A stretch of 64,000 nucleotides of DNA from an uncultured Gammaproteobacteria bacterium (GCA_963714975.1 CAVQQD010000001.1:320001-384000), one strand, 5' to 3'; counted from the stretch's first letter, positions 29,679 through 40,012 are shown. Numbers and translations are program-made. The notes: generated by a model from the sequence alone, not told the origin.

Positions 29679-30794
29679 TTAAACATGGATTTTCAACAAC
29701 ATAGATTCTAAGGTAAGACCTGGACCAAAAGCACAACTATAAATATTTTTTCGCTGATCTTTAAGATCCAACTCATCCCAGATTGCTTTTAATACAAATA
29801 AAACCGTGGGTGAAGACATATTTCCATACTGCTTAAGCACTCGATAAGAATATTTATTTTGTTCCTCACTAATATTCAGGGCCTTTTCACAGGCTTGCAA
29901 AATCTTTTTAGCGCCAGGGTGGATGGCAAAAAAGTCAATGTCTTCTAGCTTAAATCTACTAGTAGAGATCAACTTCTTAAAAAAAGCTTGGATCCCTTTA
30001 TCAATTATTTCCGGCACATAACTACTTAACACAATATCAAATCCGCTATCTGCTATCTCCCAAGTCATAGAGTCGTTTGTTTTGGGTAATAAATCACAAT
30101 GGAAATGTTCCAAAGTTAAGTATTTTCGTTGTTGTGGATTAGCCTGCATTATTATCGCTGCCGCACCATCAGCAAAAATTGAATGAGCAATTATGTTGTC
30201 CCGACTCATATTTTTTTGAAAATGTATGGTACAAATTTCTAAACATACAATTAACACTAGGGATTCAGGTTCTGCTTTACAAATTGCATCAGCAACTTTA
30301 ATGGCATTAAAGGCACCATAACAACCCATAAAATTAATCACTGTGCGCTTTACACTAAGGTTAAGATTTAAGTTTTGGACAATCTCTATATCCAAACCAG
30401 GCGCATACATGCCGGTACAACTCACGGTAATTACATGAGTTATCTGAGCTAAATTAAAATTGTCAAGAGACGCTAAGCTAGCTGCGATAGCATGTAAAGC
30501 CAAAGCAAGAGCATTTTCTCGATAAACTTTCATGCGTTGTTGGGTGGAAGGAAAAGGCACATCGGCATCATTCGGAAAAAATTCAAATTCCCCTGGATTT
30601 GCACAATAATCCTTTAACACACTGTAGCGTTGATCAATTCCGGTTGATCGGTAAACAGATTTTAATAATCTTCTCTCTGCCGGTTTTAAATTTAAACTAG
30701 TGGAGATTAATTCCGCCACAGCATTTTGGGGATAAGTATACCTTGGAGTGGCGGTCCCAAAAGAAATAATCGCCGATTTAGTTCTTGCTTCCAT
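29679..30794 (-). CDS. Type III polyketide synthase
   Basis: Cys-His-Asn triad: FMGCY, IHPG, YGNMSSPT; also FADGAAA and AFGPGLT. Confidence 0.93.
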   Translation of the reverse strand: MEARTKSAIISFGTATPRYTYPQNAVAELISTSLNLKPAERRLLKSVYRSTGIDQRYSVLKDYCANPGEFEFFPNDADVPFPSTQQRMKVYRENALALALHAIAASLASLDNFNLAQITHVITVSCTGMYAPGLDIEIVQNLNLNLSVKRTVINFMGCYGAFNAIKVADAICKAEPESLVLIVCLEICTIHFQKNMSRDNIIAHSIFADGAAAIIMQANPQQRKYLTLEHFHCDLLPKTNDSMTWEIADSGFDIVLSSYVPEIIDKGIQAFFKKLISTSRFKLEDIDFFAIHPGAKKILQACEKALNISEEQNKYSYRVLKQYGNMSSPTVLFVLKAIWDELDLKDQRKNIYSCAFGPGLTLESMLLKIHV

Positions 30795-30907
30795 AGCTAA
30801 TTCCAATGAGATATAGAGCCGACATCCTAACAGGAAATCCTTGAGTCTGTCCAAAGCATTCGCTAATATACCAGCAATTTCAGCTGCCCTTCGAGACGCT
30901 TCCCATT

Positions 30908-31330
30908 ATGATGCCACAAATATTTGAATTTATTGCCCGACACTGGTTGCTGGTAGCAGCCTTTGCCATTATTATCATTTTACTCATCATAGAAGAAATT
31001 AGGAATAAACAAGGTGGGAATCGGTTGTCTCCCCAGGGTGCAATCCAGCTGATAAATCATGAACGTGCGGTAGTGATTGACCTTCGCTCCAAGGAAGCAT
31101 TTAATAGCGGTCATATTGTTAATGCTCTACATATTCCGCAAGCTGAATTAGCCAGTAATTTGGATAAAATACGAAAATATCAAGATAAACCGGTAATTCT
31201 GCTTGGCGACACTGGACAACCCCTTACCTTAGTCACTCAATTACGGAAAAAGGGTTATACTAAGGTTTTTACTCTGGCGGGTGGTCTACAGGCATGGAAA
31301 ACTGCTGGACTACCTCTTGAAAGCAAATAG
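30908..31330 (+). CDS. Rhodanese-like membrane protein (YibN-like)
   Basis: N-terminal TM, IDLR...GHI.NA, LAGGL.AW; upstream of secB. Confidence 0.85.
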   Translation: MMPQIFEFIARHWLLVAAFAIIIILLIIEEIRNKQGGNRLSPQGAIQLINHERAVVIDLRSKEAFNSGHIVNALHIPQAELASNLDKIRKYQDKPVILLGDTGQPLTLVTQLRKKGYTKVFTLAGGLQAWKTAGLPLESK

Positions 31331-31347
31331 CAAATAGGAACACAATT

Positions 31348-31815
31348 ATGGCCACAGAACCTTCCAATGAACCTGCCCAGATATTCAATATCCAGCGTCT
31401 GTATGTTCGAGACCTCTCGTTGGAAACACCGAAATCTCCGGAGATTTTTCGCAAGCCTTGGAACCCTCAAATCGAAATTGAGTTAAATGCCAAAACCAAT
31501 AACCTGGCAGATGATGTTTATGAGGTACAAATTGCTATAACCGCCACGGCCAAAATCGAGACCGAAGTCGCTTTTTTAGTCGAAGTTCAACAAGCAGGAA
31601 TTTTTACCATTAAAGGTTTTACCGAGTCAGAAGTGCACCACAAACTGGGCGTGCATTGCCCCACTATTTTATTTCCTTATGCACGAGAATTAGTGTCAGA
31701 TTTAGTCACCCGCGCTAGTTTCCCCCCACTGTTTCTGGCCCATGTTAATTTCGAGGAGCTTTATGCCCAAAGAATGGCTCAAGCAGCAAAAGAAGAGTCT
31801 AAACAAACTCAATAA
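31348..31815 (+). CDS. secB: Protein-export chaperone SecB
   Basis: IQRLYVRDLSLETP, EVQQAGIF, CPTILFPYARE. Confidence 0.96.
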   Translation: MATEPSNEPAQIFNIQRLYVRDLSLETPKSPEIFRKPWNPQIEIELNAKTNNLADDVYEVQIAITATAKIETEVAFLVEVQQAGIFTIKGFTESEVHHKLGVHCPTILFPYARELVSDLVTRASFPPLFLAHVNFEELYAQRMAQAAKEESKQTQ

Positions 31816-31836
31816 TTCTGCTGGGCTCAATTCAAT

Positions 31837-32835
31837 ATGAGCCCTCCAATCTCAGTATTAGGCGCAGGCTCCTGGGGAACAGCGCTTGCCATGTTATTGG
31901 CTAAAAACACTCAAGCAGTTCAGCTTTGGGGGCAAGACAAGGAACAGATACAAGCCATGCAGCACAGCCGCTGCAACGAAAAATATTTACCGCAAATTCG
32001 TTTTCCTGATAACTTACAATTGACAGCTGATCTTGCCACTGCCATAACTACAGCAGAAGATCTCTTGATTGTGGTGCCAAGCTACGCCTTCCATGATTTG
32101 TTACACAGCATAAAACCGTTTTGCTCGCCACAACATCGATTAGTTTGGGGTACCAAAGGATTTGCCAAAAATTCCCAACCCTTATTACACGACCAGGTTC
32201 AAGAAATATTAGGTGATGTCATCACCGCAGCATTATCAGGCCCGAGCTTTGCAAAAGAAGTTGCTTTAGAAAAACCCACAGCGGCAGTGATCGCCACAAC
32301 TTATCCGGCTTTTGGCCAAGCATTAAGTTCGCGATTCAGCAACCAATATTTTAGGATATACACGACGACGGATCTTATTGGGGTAGAAGTGTGTGGCGCT
32401 GTAAAAAATGTGCTCGCCATAGCAGCCGGCGTTATTGATGCCTTGGACCTAGGATCCAATGCGCTCAGCGCTTTTATCACTCGTGGTTTGGCTGAAATGC
32501 AACGTTTAGGCATAGCTCTGGGCGGAATCCCATCCACGTTTATGGGCTTAGCAGGCTTGGGTGATTTAGTGCTCACTTGTACAGATTATCAATCACGAAA
32601 TCGCCGCTTTGGTGCAGCACTTGCTCTTGGGAAAACCCGAGAACAGGCTTTAGCCGCCATCGGGCAAGTAGTCGAAGGGTTAGAAAATCTAAAAGCAGTC
32701 TATCAACTAGCGCAGGAAAAGGGAGTGGAAATGCCAATTATTCAGCAAATATACCAAGTCATCTATCACGATCTACCCGTACAAACCGCCATTCAAAATC
32801 TGTTTTCTCGGCAACTACGAAGTGAGTTTGAATGA
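31837..32835 (+). CDS. gpsA: NAD(P)H-dependent glycerol-3-phosphate dehydrogenase
   Basis: GAGSWGTALA, SGPSFAKEV, GDLVLTC..QSRN. Confidence 0.96.
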   Translation: MSPPISVLGAGSWGTALAMLLAKNTQAVQLWGQDKEQIQAMQHSRCNEKYLPQIRFPDNLQLTADLATAITTAEDLLIVVPSYAFHDLLHSIKPFCSPQHRLVWGTKGFAKNSQPLLHDQVQEILGDVITAALSGPSFAKEVALEKPTAAVIATTYPAFGQALSSRFSNQYFRIYTTTDLIGVEVCGAVKNVLAIAAGVIDALDLGSNALSAFITRGLAEMQRLGIALGGIPSTFMGLAGLGDLVLTCTDYQSRNRRFGAALALGKTREQALAAIGQVVEGLENLKAVYQLAQEKGVEMPIIQQIYQVIYHDLPVQTAIQNLFSRQLRSEFE

Positions 32836-32881
32836 AATTCCTACCTCGACATTAATCCTTCTCCCCTTGTGGGAGAAGGAT

Positions 32882-33685
32882 TTACGATTGCCGCGCCTGA
32901 GCAATAAGCTCTTTCAATTTATCCCCACTTACAACACCAGGGGCAAACCCAACATTCTTAACCGTGCCACTGACATTGCTGGCGCCTGCTGTCCATTTGC
33001 CAACAATAAAAGTAGGGGTTCCCATCAAGCCTAATACTTGCGCCAATTTAAAGTTATCATCAACCTCTTTACGCACTGCTGCACTATTCATATCGTTGGA
33101 TAATTTATTCGTATCTAATCCCACAGATTTTGCTATTTCCATAACTTTATCTTTAGTAAGTGGATTAGGTGCTGCCATTAAGGCTTGATGAAATTTTACA
33201 TACTTATCTGTCCCTTGTTGCAACGAAGCGATTGCAGCAACCGCTGCATCTTTCGAAGTAGAGCCAAAAATAGGTAACTCTTTATAAACAATCCTCAAGT
33301 TAGGGTCATTAGCACTAATTTTTTCTAGGACAGGAGACATATCTTTGCAATGAGGGCATTGATAATCAAAAAACTCCACTACGGTAATATCCCCTTTAGG
33401 ATTGCCTACCACTGGACTGGTAGGACTTGCAAATAAAGCCTGAGCATTTTGCGCAATGGCCGCAAGTGCCTTGTGTTCTGCTTGTTGAATCTCTTGCTTT
33501 TGCAAAGCTTCAGAAGCTTCTACTAACACCTGGGGATTGGTTACTAAGTAGTCATGAACAATAGACTTTACTTGCGTTACCTGATCCTGGTTGAATGCTT
33601 CCGTACCCACTGTTGCTGCAGCCAGCGCACTCCCACAAACTACACTGCCGAGAAAACCAGAGAAGAGAAATTTTTTGACGTTCAC
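32882..33685 (-). CDS. DsbA-family thiol-disulfide oxidoreductase (Com1/DsbA2-like)
   Basis: YLVTNPQVL dimerisation region, EFFDYQCPHC, GTP; signal peptide. Confidence 0.88.
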   Translation of the reverse strand: MNVKKFLFSGFLGSVVCGSALAAATVGTEAFNQDQVTQVKSIVHDYLVTNPQVLVEASEALQKQEIQQAEHKALAAIAQNAQALFASPTSPVVGNPKGDITVVEFFDYQCPHCKDMSPVLEKISANDPNLRIVYKELPIFGSTSKDAAVAAIASLQQGTDKYVKFHQALMAAPNPLTKDKVMEIAKSVGLDTNKLSNDMNSAAVRKEVDDNFKLAQVLGLMGTPTFIVGKWTAGASNVSGTVKNVGFAPGVVSGDKLKELIAQARQS

Positions 33686-33781
33686 AGTAATATCCTTACA
33701 AGAAATGATTAGGGAGTGATAGGCTAACATGTCGAGGGAGCAAGTCAAGGTTTAAACCACGCTCCCTTACTGGAACAACAG

Positions 33782-33934
33782 CTAAATTTTCTCTTCTTTA
33801 TACTCAACGTGCTTACGGCTAATTGGATTAAACTTTTTGATTACCAGCTTGCCCGGTTTCGTACGTTTATTTTTGGTAGTGGTATAAAAATGCTTAGTAC
33901 CGTCGGTGGCTACTAATTTAATGATATCGCGCAT
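33782..33934 (-). CDS. rpmG: 50S ribosomal protein L33
   Basis: Manual translation [50 protein letters not shown], downstream of rpmB. Confidence 0.95.
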   Translation of the reverse strand: MRDIIKLVATDGTKHFYTTTKNKRTKPGKLVIKKFNPISRKHVEYKEEKI

Positions 33935-33965
33935 ATGAATCTCGTCTATGTAAATTGTTAAAAAT

Positions 33966-34190
33966 CTATTCTTTGTCTAACTTTTTGAGAACTTCTTCGA
34001 TCCCAAGCTTATCGATTATCTTTATTCCCTTCGCAGAAACACGTAATTTCACAAATCGCCCTAACTCCTCAACCCAAAAGCGATGAGTTTGTAAGTTCGG
34101 TAAAAAACGTCGCTTCGTTTTATTATTGGCATGAGAAACGTTGTTCCCAACCCTGGGGGCCTTTTTAGTAATTTGACAAACGCGTGCCAT
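33966..34190 (-). CDS. rpmB: 50S ribosomal protein L28
   Basis: [28 protein letters not shown]. Confidence 0.97.
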   Translation of the reverse strand: MARVCQITKKAPRVGNNVSHANNKTKRRFLPNLQTHRFWVEELGRFVKLRVSAKGIKIIDKLGIEEVLKKLDKE

Positions 34191-34352
34191 AAGAAACACC
34201 TCTTTAAAATAAACCGCCTTTATATCAAAAGTTCATGCTTAGGACAAGCGATTTTTTCGTAGATTCGGAAAATATTTAGAGAAATTTAGGCTGTTTTGGG
34301 CTACAATACCGCTTTTATTTTTGTACATTCTACCCAATAAGGACAAAAAAAT

Positions 34353-35753
34353 ATGAGTTTTGTAAGAGCATTATTTCGCACTAAACCCTTGGATCAACAC
34401 CCTTTGAGAGATGCTACTCTTCGTCGTTATTTAAGCGCATTTGATTTAACTCTCATTGGGATAGGCGCCATCATTGGAGCGGGTATCTTCGTGTTAACCG
34501 GAGTTGCAGCGGCCACTCATGCGGGGCCTGCCATTATTTTTTCCTATGTCTTAGCTGGGTTAGCTTGTGCATTTAGTGCTTTTTCTTATGCAGAATTAGC
34601 ATCAAGTATTGGCGGCTGTGGCAGTGCGTACGGCTACTCTTACGCTGGTTTAGGTGAACTCATGGCCTGGCTTATCGGTTGGACTTTATTGCTTGAATAT
34701 GCCGTTGCGGCGGCCGCAGTGGCGATTGGCTGGTCCGGCTATGTTAAGGATGTGCTAATTGCCGCAGGAATAAATCCTCCTGCAGCACTTACTACCAATC
34801 CTTTTGAGGGAGGCATCATCAATATGCCGGCTATGTTCATCATACTCCTGATGACCTGGCTACTTTCTATGGGTATTAGAGAAAGCGTCCGTGTTAATAA
34901 GATCTTGGTTTTTATTAAACTCGCAGTGATTGCACTCTTCATTGGGATCGCTGCTTTCCATGTCGACGTTGCCACCAACTGGAGTAACTTTTGGCCTTTT
35001 GGCTGGGAGGGTATGGTAACCGGCGCCAGTCTAGTTTTCTTTGCCTATATTGGGTTTGATGCTGTTTCAACTGCTGCAGAAGAAGCTATCAACCCCCAAC
35101 GTGATCTCCCGAAAGGAATCATTGGTTCATTACTTATTTGCACCGTTGTGTATGTCATTGTTGCTGGCTTACTGACCTCTGCAGTCAATTATACTCATTT
35201 AAACGTAAGCTCCCCTATTAGCGAAGCCTTATTAAGGTTGGGATTCCGTCTGGGTAGTGCTGTGGTTGCCATTGGCGCCATTGCTGGCCTCACCACGGTT
35301 ATTCTGGTGATGTATTACGCGCTTACTCGTCTAATTCTCGCTATGTCACGAGACGGGTTATTTCCGCAAAAATTAGCAATGGTTAATCCAAACACGCAAA
35401 CGCCATTACGTATTATTGCCATCGCCGGTATCATAATCGCCTTGGTTGCAGGAACCACTCCTATCCAAAAGGTCGCTGCACTAGTCAATATCGGAACCTT
35501 AGCTGCTTTTACTTTAGTTTCAATTGGTGTGATAGTAATGCGCTGGACCAAACCAGACATGCCCCGTCCGTTTAAAACTCCCTTTACACCTTTAATGCCA
35601 GGTTTAGGAGTCCTACTTTGCCTCTATCTAATGAGTAGCTTGCCCAAAACAACCTGGTTCAGTTTTTTTACCTGGACCGTTATAGGTCTGTTTATTTACT
35701 TCGGATATGGACGATCCCGAAGCTTGTTAAACAAACCAACGCTCATGAAATAG
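34353..35753 (+). CDS. APC-family amino acid permease
   Basis: GAIIGAGIFV, FFAYIGFDAVSTAAEE, MSRDGL. Confidence 0.92.
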   Translation: MSFVRALFRTKPLDQHPLRDATLRRYLSAFDLTLIGIGAIIGAGIFVLTGVAAATHAGPAIIFSYVLAGLACAFSAFSYAELASSIGGCGSAYGYSYAGLGELMAWLIGWTLLLEYAVAAAAVAIGWSGYVKDVLIAAGINPPAALTTNPFEGGIINMPAMFIILLMTWLLSMGIRESVRVNKILVFIKLAVIALFIGIAAFHVDVATNWSNFWPFGWEGMVTGASLVFFAYIGFDAVSTAAEEAINPQRDLPKGIIGSLLICTVVYVIVAGLLTSAVNYTHLNVSSPISEALLRLGFRLGSAVVAIGAIAGLTTVILVMYYALTRLILAMSRDGLFPQKLAMVNPNTQTPLRIIAIAGIIIALVAGTTPIQKVAALVNIGTLAAFTLVSIGVIVMRWTKPDMPRPFKTPFTPLMPGLGVLLCLYLMSSLPKTTWFSFFTWTVIGLFIYFGYGRSRSLLNKPTLMK

Positions 35754-35762
35754 GGGGTCTCT

Positions 35763-35795
35763 CTTAATATTTTGTTAACATATGCGTATTAAAAT
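35763..35795 (+). promoter_or_regulatory. PmrA-like box plus -10
   Basis: CTTAATATT-TT-GTTAACATA-N7-TAAAAT. Confidence 0.65.
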
Positions 35796-35828
35796 AGTTC
35801 TAACTTTAATATATCTTAGGAGAAGAGC

Positions 35829-36104
35829 ATGAATGATTGGCCCACTCAAAATCAAGATATGGAAATTGCTACATCAATTGTAAGCAAATATTTGGAACAA
35901 AATGAAGGGGAGCCCCTGGGCTTTTTAGAGCTCATCGTTTATCGCAATAGGGAAGCTGAAAAAAACCGAGTAGAACTAAAAATGCCCGAATGGATTGTGG
36001 AATTGCACTCCCATTTTCGTGATCAGTATGGCTATGAACATGGGCACGCAGTGACCAGCAAAGTGTTGACAAAATTTTTGTTGCGCGATGAGGTGGTCCA
36101 CTAG
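35829..36104 (+). CDS. Hypothetical protein (91 aa)
   Basis: Clean ORF with AGGAG RBS. Confidence 0.7.
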   Translation: MNDWPTQNQDMEIATSIVSKYLEQNEGEPLGFLELIVYRNREAEKNRVELKMPEWIVELHSHFRDQYGYEHGHAVTSKVLTKFLLRDEVVH

Positions 36105-36148
36105 TCACCTCCTTCGGCTTGTGCCAACTGATGGTTGCCCCCCCCAGC

Positions 36149-36375
36149 TCATAATTATATTCTAAGTTACTATAATAAATATAATAAGAATAATATTTTA
36201 TATAGTAGTTATTGGGCTTGCTATTTCTTGTTTATATCTTTAGATTTAATAACAATCTCAAGGAGTTAACAAAGCTATTAGTATGTGTTTAATTTGAATT
36301 TGTCTTGTGTATAACTTGTGAAAAAAATCCCTGCCTTTTTTATACCTTAATATACCCACGGGTTATTCACAGGTA
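36149..36375. other. Candidate replication origin (AT-rich tract plus DnaA boxes)
   Basis: TTWTNCACA matches at 36306-36314 (-), 36317-36325 (-) and 36363-36371 (+), next to a ~150-bp AT-rich tract. Confidence 0.45.
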
Positions 36376-36430
36376 AAGATCATCATTATCACACTTAAAA
36401 GTAGCAATAAAGTCTCCGGCCTAAAGGCCT

Positions 36431-36499
36431 GGGTGATGCGTGGGGAAACCACGCCGCGCGCAGCGTGCGAGCACGGCGGGTAACCGAGCGGCAGGACCC
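36431..36499. repeat. Core of GC-rich element family C (inverted relative to the other two copies)
   Basis: CGCCGCGCGCAGCGTGCGAGCACGGCGGG..GCGGCAGGACCC. Confidence 0.75.
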
Positions 36500-36632
36500 C
36501 GAAGGCGTTGCGTCTGCCCTGAAGGTCCCCAACAAAGTTATGGGAACCAGCTAATTTTCCTGCTACTATTACCTCAGCGATTCCTGCCGTAAGGAATCTG
36601 GAACTTTTAGTTATTTAATTGGAGTGAACCCG

Positions 36633-37070
36633 ATGACGGAATATAACCATATTTTGCTTGCTGTTGAGTTGGAAACAGGCTGTGATGACCCTCCAGTGAA
36701 AAGGGCGCTTGAACTAAGCAGGGAATTTAATGCAAAACTAACGATGATTCATGCGGTAGAGCATATGAGCAGTTATGGTGCTGCTTATGGTATAGCAGCA
36801 GGTGCCGATATTGAAGAAATGTTGCTGAAAAATGCTAAAGAAGCAATGACAAAGTTAGGACAGCGTTACAACATTTCCGAAGCTCAGCAAATTATTAAAG
36901 TAGGGCCAGCCAAGTTGGTTATCTTAGAGCAGGCGGAAGAGTTGGCGGCTGATCTGATTATCGTAGGTAGTCACGGTCGGCATGGGGTACGACTATTATT
37001 AGGCTCCACTGCAAATGCGATTCTACACGGTTCTAAATGTGATGTTTTGGCTGTGAGAATCACGGAATAG
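36633..37070 (+). CDS. uspA: Universal stress protein
   Basis: YNHILLAV, DLIIVGSHGRHG..LLGSTANAILH. Confidence 0.9.
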   Translation: MTEYNHILLAVELETGCDDPPVKRALELSREFNAKLTMIHAVEHMSSYGAAYGIAAGADIEEMLLKNAKEAMTKLGQRYNISEAQQIIKVGPAKLVILEQAEELAADLIIVGSHGRHGVRLLLGSTANAILHGSKCDVLAVRITE

Positions 37071-37074
37071 GTAC

Positions 37075-37905
37075 TTAGAACCAATTACTTAAAGCAACCC
37101 CCACGCCAATACTATTGGTATAGTGATTGTATTCAATCAGGCTTTGTCCGAAGCCGCTAAAGAGTTGTACATAGCCACTGAAGTGTGAAATTAAGGGGAA
37201 ACTCCAGGTAAGCTCAGTGGCTCCGCGTTTAAAACCACTTTCAAATGTATTGCGTAGTTCAGCTGAAAATACTTGTTCACGATAGTTATAACTAATTAAA
37301 ATCCTCTCATAGCCAAGGAAGTTGGCAATGTTAGGATTGTAAGCATTCAGCATGGTATTGGGGATGGGATACCAGGCTTTAATGCTAATCAACCAATTTG
37401 GTTTTCTCCAGATACTTTCTAAATACACTCTATCCCAACCATGCTCCAGCTCTCCCCCTCTCCCGTTGGATTGGTGAGAGGCTCCTAGATTAATTGAACT
37501 AATTTTCCAATTCCGTATAAATTTTAAATTGAGATTATTAGAGAAAAAAAACTCAGGTTCATAATTGGTTTCTCTAAAGAAGGCGGATTTATTATACGCT
37601 TGCCAATAGGAAAGCTGGCTATAAGCGATGTATAAACTGGTGGGATGGTTCATGATGTTTTCCCACACTGGCACTTTAAAACTGAGCTGATATTTTATCT
37701 CGTAGGGCTGCAGGGATTGATTTTCCGGGGTGTGATTCTCGTACACTTCGTGATCGGGAAATTGAGTGTAATAAAAAGGTAAGACATAAGTGGGCTTGTA
37801 GAAACTAAGGGAAAATAAAGAAGATTTTCCAAAAACTGTATTGTTTCCCTGCCCTGAGTTGGTAAGTAGCAGGGCAAGCAAAACGCAGTATCTTTTTTTT
37901 ATCAT
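37075..37905 (-). CDS. pldA: Outer membrane phospholipase A
   Basis: KYQLSFK, FRETNYEPE, HQSNG, SLIEYNH. Confidence 0.9.
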   Translation of the reverse strand: MIKKRYCVLLALLLTNSGQGNNTVFGKSSLFSLSFYKPTYVLPFYYTQFPDHEVYENHTPENQSLQPYEIKYQLSFKVPVWENIMNHPTSLYIAYSQLSYWQAYNKSAFFRETNYEPEFFFSNNLNLKFIRNWKISSINLGASHQSNGRGGELEHGWDRVYLESIWRKPNWLISIKAWYPIPNTMLNAYNPNIANFLGYERILISYNYREQVFSAELRNTFESGFKRGATELTWSFPLISHFSGYVQLFSGFGQSLIEYNHYTNSIGVGVALSNWF

Positions 37906-38042
37906 AAGGGTGGCCTTGGCATAGCAAGCGAAACAAGCTTGCTATGATACCCAAGGATGCCCGATACTAGAATGGTTTTTTGAATTTTAGTCGTAACCGT
38001 TCAGTTTTTGCCAACTATGCTAACTTTGGCTGTGGTGAATAG

Positions 38043-38174
38043 TTACTCTTTCGGAGGGACCGTGGATTGTTTGTTTAAATAGCGGTCACGACAAATAGCA
38101 GCAGCCCTAAAATTGCCTGAGTTAAGATAGATGAGAATTTCTTCTTGAACTGATTTGGGAAGATTCGCAAGCAT
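38043..38174 (-). CDS. Small hypothetical protein (43 aa), homologue of 1224-1394
   Basis: MLANLPKSVQEEILIYLNSGNFRAAAICRDRYLNKQSTVPPKE; GAGG upstream. Confidence 0.6.
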   Translation of the reverse strand: MLANLPKSVQEEILIYLNSGNFRAAAICRDRYLNKQSTVPPKE

Positions 38175-38274
38175 GGTAACATACCTCTTTCTGAACGGAT
38201 GTATATTTCATCATAGGTAATAGAGGAATAATGTAGTCCTTTCACTGAATATTGGTTTTTTAGCGAGGTATGAA

Positions 38275-38952
38275 ATGGTTAAAAAAGCTGTTGTATTGCT
38301 ATCAGGGGGATTAGATTCTAGTACCTGTTTAGCCTTGGCCATGTCCCAGGGGTTTGAGTGTCATGCTCTTTCTTTTTGTTATCAACAAAGAAATAAGATT
38401 GAACTTGAAGCTGCTAAAGAAATAGCACTGCACTTAGCAGTCCGTTCTCATCAAGTCATTGAATTACCGAATATTACCTTCCAAGGTTCAGCTATGACTG
38501 ATCCACAGATCGCGGTTCCTGCTTATCAGGGTGGCACTGCAATACCCGTTACCTATGTACCTGCCAGAAACACGGTTTTTTTATCCTTTGCTTTGGGATT
38601 AGCAGAAAGCTTGGAGGCTACGGATATTTTTACAGGAGTATGTTCAGTTGACTATCCAGGATATGTGGATTGTCGGCCAGAATATATTGCAGCCTTTCAA
38701 CAGCTCGCTAATTTAGCGACCAAGGCTAGCGTGGAAGGCAAGAAAATACACATTAACGCCCCTCTTGTCCTTTTATCCAAAGCAGAAACCATCCAGTTGG
38801 GTAGCAAACTAGGGCTGGATTACAGTAGGACAGTCTCTTGTTATCAAGCCGATGCCGAGGGCAGAGCTTGTGGGAAGTGCGACAGCTGCCATTACCGCCG
38901 GAAAGGATTTATTGAAGCAGGGATACCTGATCCAACACGTTATGTGGAATGA
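38275..38952 (+). CDS. queC: 7-cyano-7-deazaguanine synthase
   Basis: LSGGLDS, YVPARN, DCRPE, SCY..CGKCDSC. Confidence 0.96.
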   Translation: MVKKAVVLLSGGLDSSTCLALAMSQGFECHALSFCYQQRNKIELEAAKEIALHLAVRSHQVIELPNITFQGSAMTDPQIAVPAYQGGTAIPVTYVPARNTVFLSFALGLAESLEATDIFTGVCSVDYPGYVDCRPEYIAAFQQLANLATKASVEGKKIHINAPLVLLSKAETIQLGSKLGLDYSRTVSCYQADAEGRACGKCDSCHYRRKGFIEAGIPDPTRYVE

Positions 38953-38985
38953 CTTGTGCTGTAGCTGCTTGCCCCGAAGTGGGAT

Positions 38986-39178
38986 CCGAATTGGTATAGC
39001 GTCAGCAACAACGCTCCGCGCTCGTAGCTTTAAGAGGCTAGGGTTAAGATTGCTCGCTCCGTGGTACATCCCTGTACCATCCCGCTATCATCCTGATACC
39101 TAGTCGCGAGCAATCCTTAACCCTAGCCTCTTAAAGCTACGAGCGCGGAGCGTTGTTGCTGACGCTATACCAATTCGG
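38986..39178. repeat. Long inverted repeat, copy 1 (72/73-bp arms, 48-nt loop)
   Basis: Arms 38986-39057 and 39106-39178, complementary except for one extra C. Confidence 0.9.
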
Positions 39179-39204
39179 CTTGTGCCACCCCTTGCATGTG
39201 ACCA

Positions 39205-39939
39205 CTAAGGGGCAAAGGAATAATATGCTATCCAGCCGCGTTTACAACATTGCGGTAACAGACTGCAGCCTGGACCAATTTCGGCCAATGTGCATCCTGA
39301 AGTGAGGGCTTGCAACAACTCCCATTCAGATTCACTCAGGACGTCCATACGAGTATCCAAGTTCTGTCGCCACACCAATAACTTTACCCCACCACTAAAC
39401 AAATCAATTTCTGTTTCATTGGTATAGTTAAGTTGATTTGAAGCCCAAATGCGATGGATCGGATATTTTGAGGCAATTAAACTACTGTTAGTAGGTAATT
39501 GGAAACGAAGTTTAGGGTATTCCGCTTCATTGAGTAAAGATAAGGAATGAATATCAAGAGACGTGGAATCAGGTCCATGTAGAGTGCTGTGCCAAGCCCA
39601 CTCTAATTGGGCCACATCACCCAAGTAGATCAAAGACTTGGCGAGTGCAAAATCAGCAACAAAAGCTGGGAAAGTGGAGCCATAGTCATTGAGGTTAGGA
39701 GAAGAAGAAGGGGTTTGTTCTACATAGTGCCGTGCCATGGCCTTGAAAAAATCCTCGCCTACTAGCTTTTGGCAAACTTCATACCTATCTCCTAATGCAT
39801 TAATCAAGGACAGTGAATAGCTATCTCGATAAATGGCGATGCGTTGTTTCGCTGATAAGGGAGAGGCATTACGGATGAAGGTGGGTGAGTTATCCTCAAT
39901 GAGGGCTCGAATAAATTGCTTTTGTAAAGTTTTAAGCAT
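39205..39939 (-). CDS. DUF2063 / BufC-HvfC-like MNIO partner protein
   Basis: RIAIYR, LVGEDFF.AMA, YG.TFP.F, YL.DVAQLEWA; adjacent to DUF692. Confidence 0.85.
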   Translation of the reverse strand: MLKTLQKQFIRALIEDNSPTFIRNASPLSAKQRIAIYRDSYSLSLINALGDRYEVCQKLVGEDFFKAMARHYVEQTPSSSPNLNDYGSTFPAFVADFALAKSLIYLGDVAQLEWAWHSTLHGPDSTSLDIHSLSLLNEAEYPKLRFQLPTNSSLIASKYPIHRIWASNQLNYTNETEIDLFSGGVKLLVWRQNLDTRMDVLSESEWELLQALTSGCTLAEIGPGCSLLPQCCKRGWIAYYSFAP

Positions 39940-40012
39940 AGTAATTCCTCACTTTCATGTCCTATGATTTGGGCGGGTATCTATACTGAGACGATGCTTG
40001 GCACAAGCCGAA

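Noticed and set aside
30908-31815. Absence of grxC between the rhodanese gene and secB
   Set aside because: Ordinary operon variation; grxC may be elsewhere.
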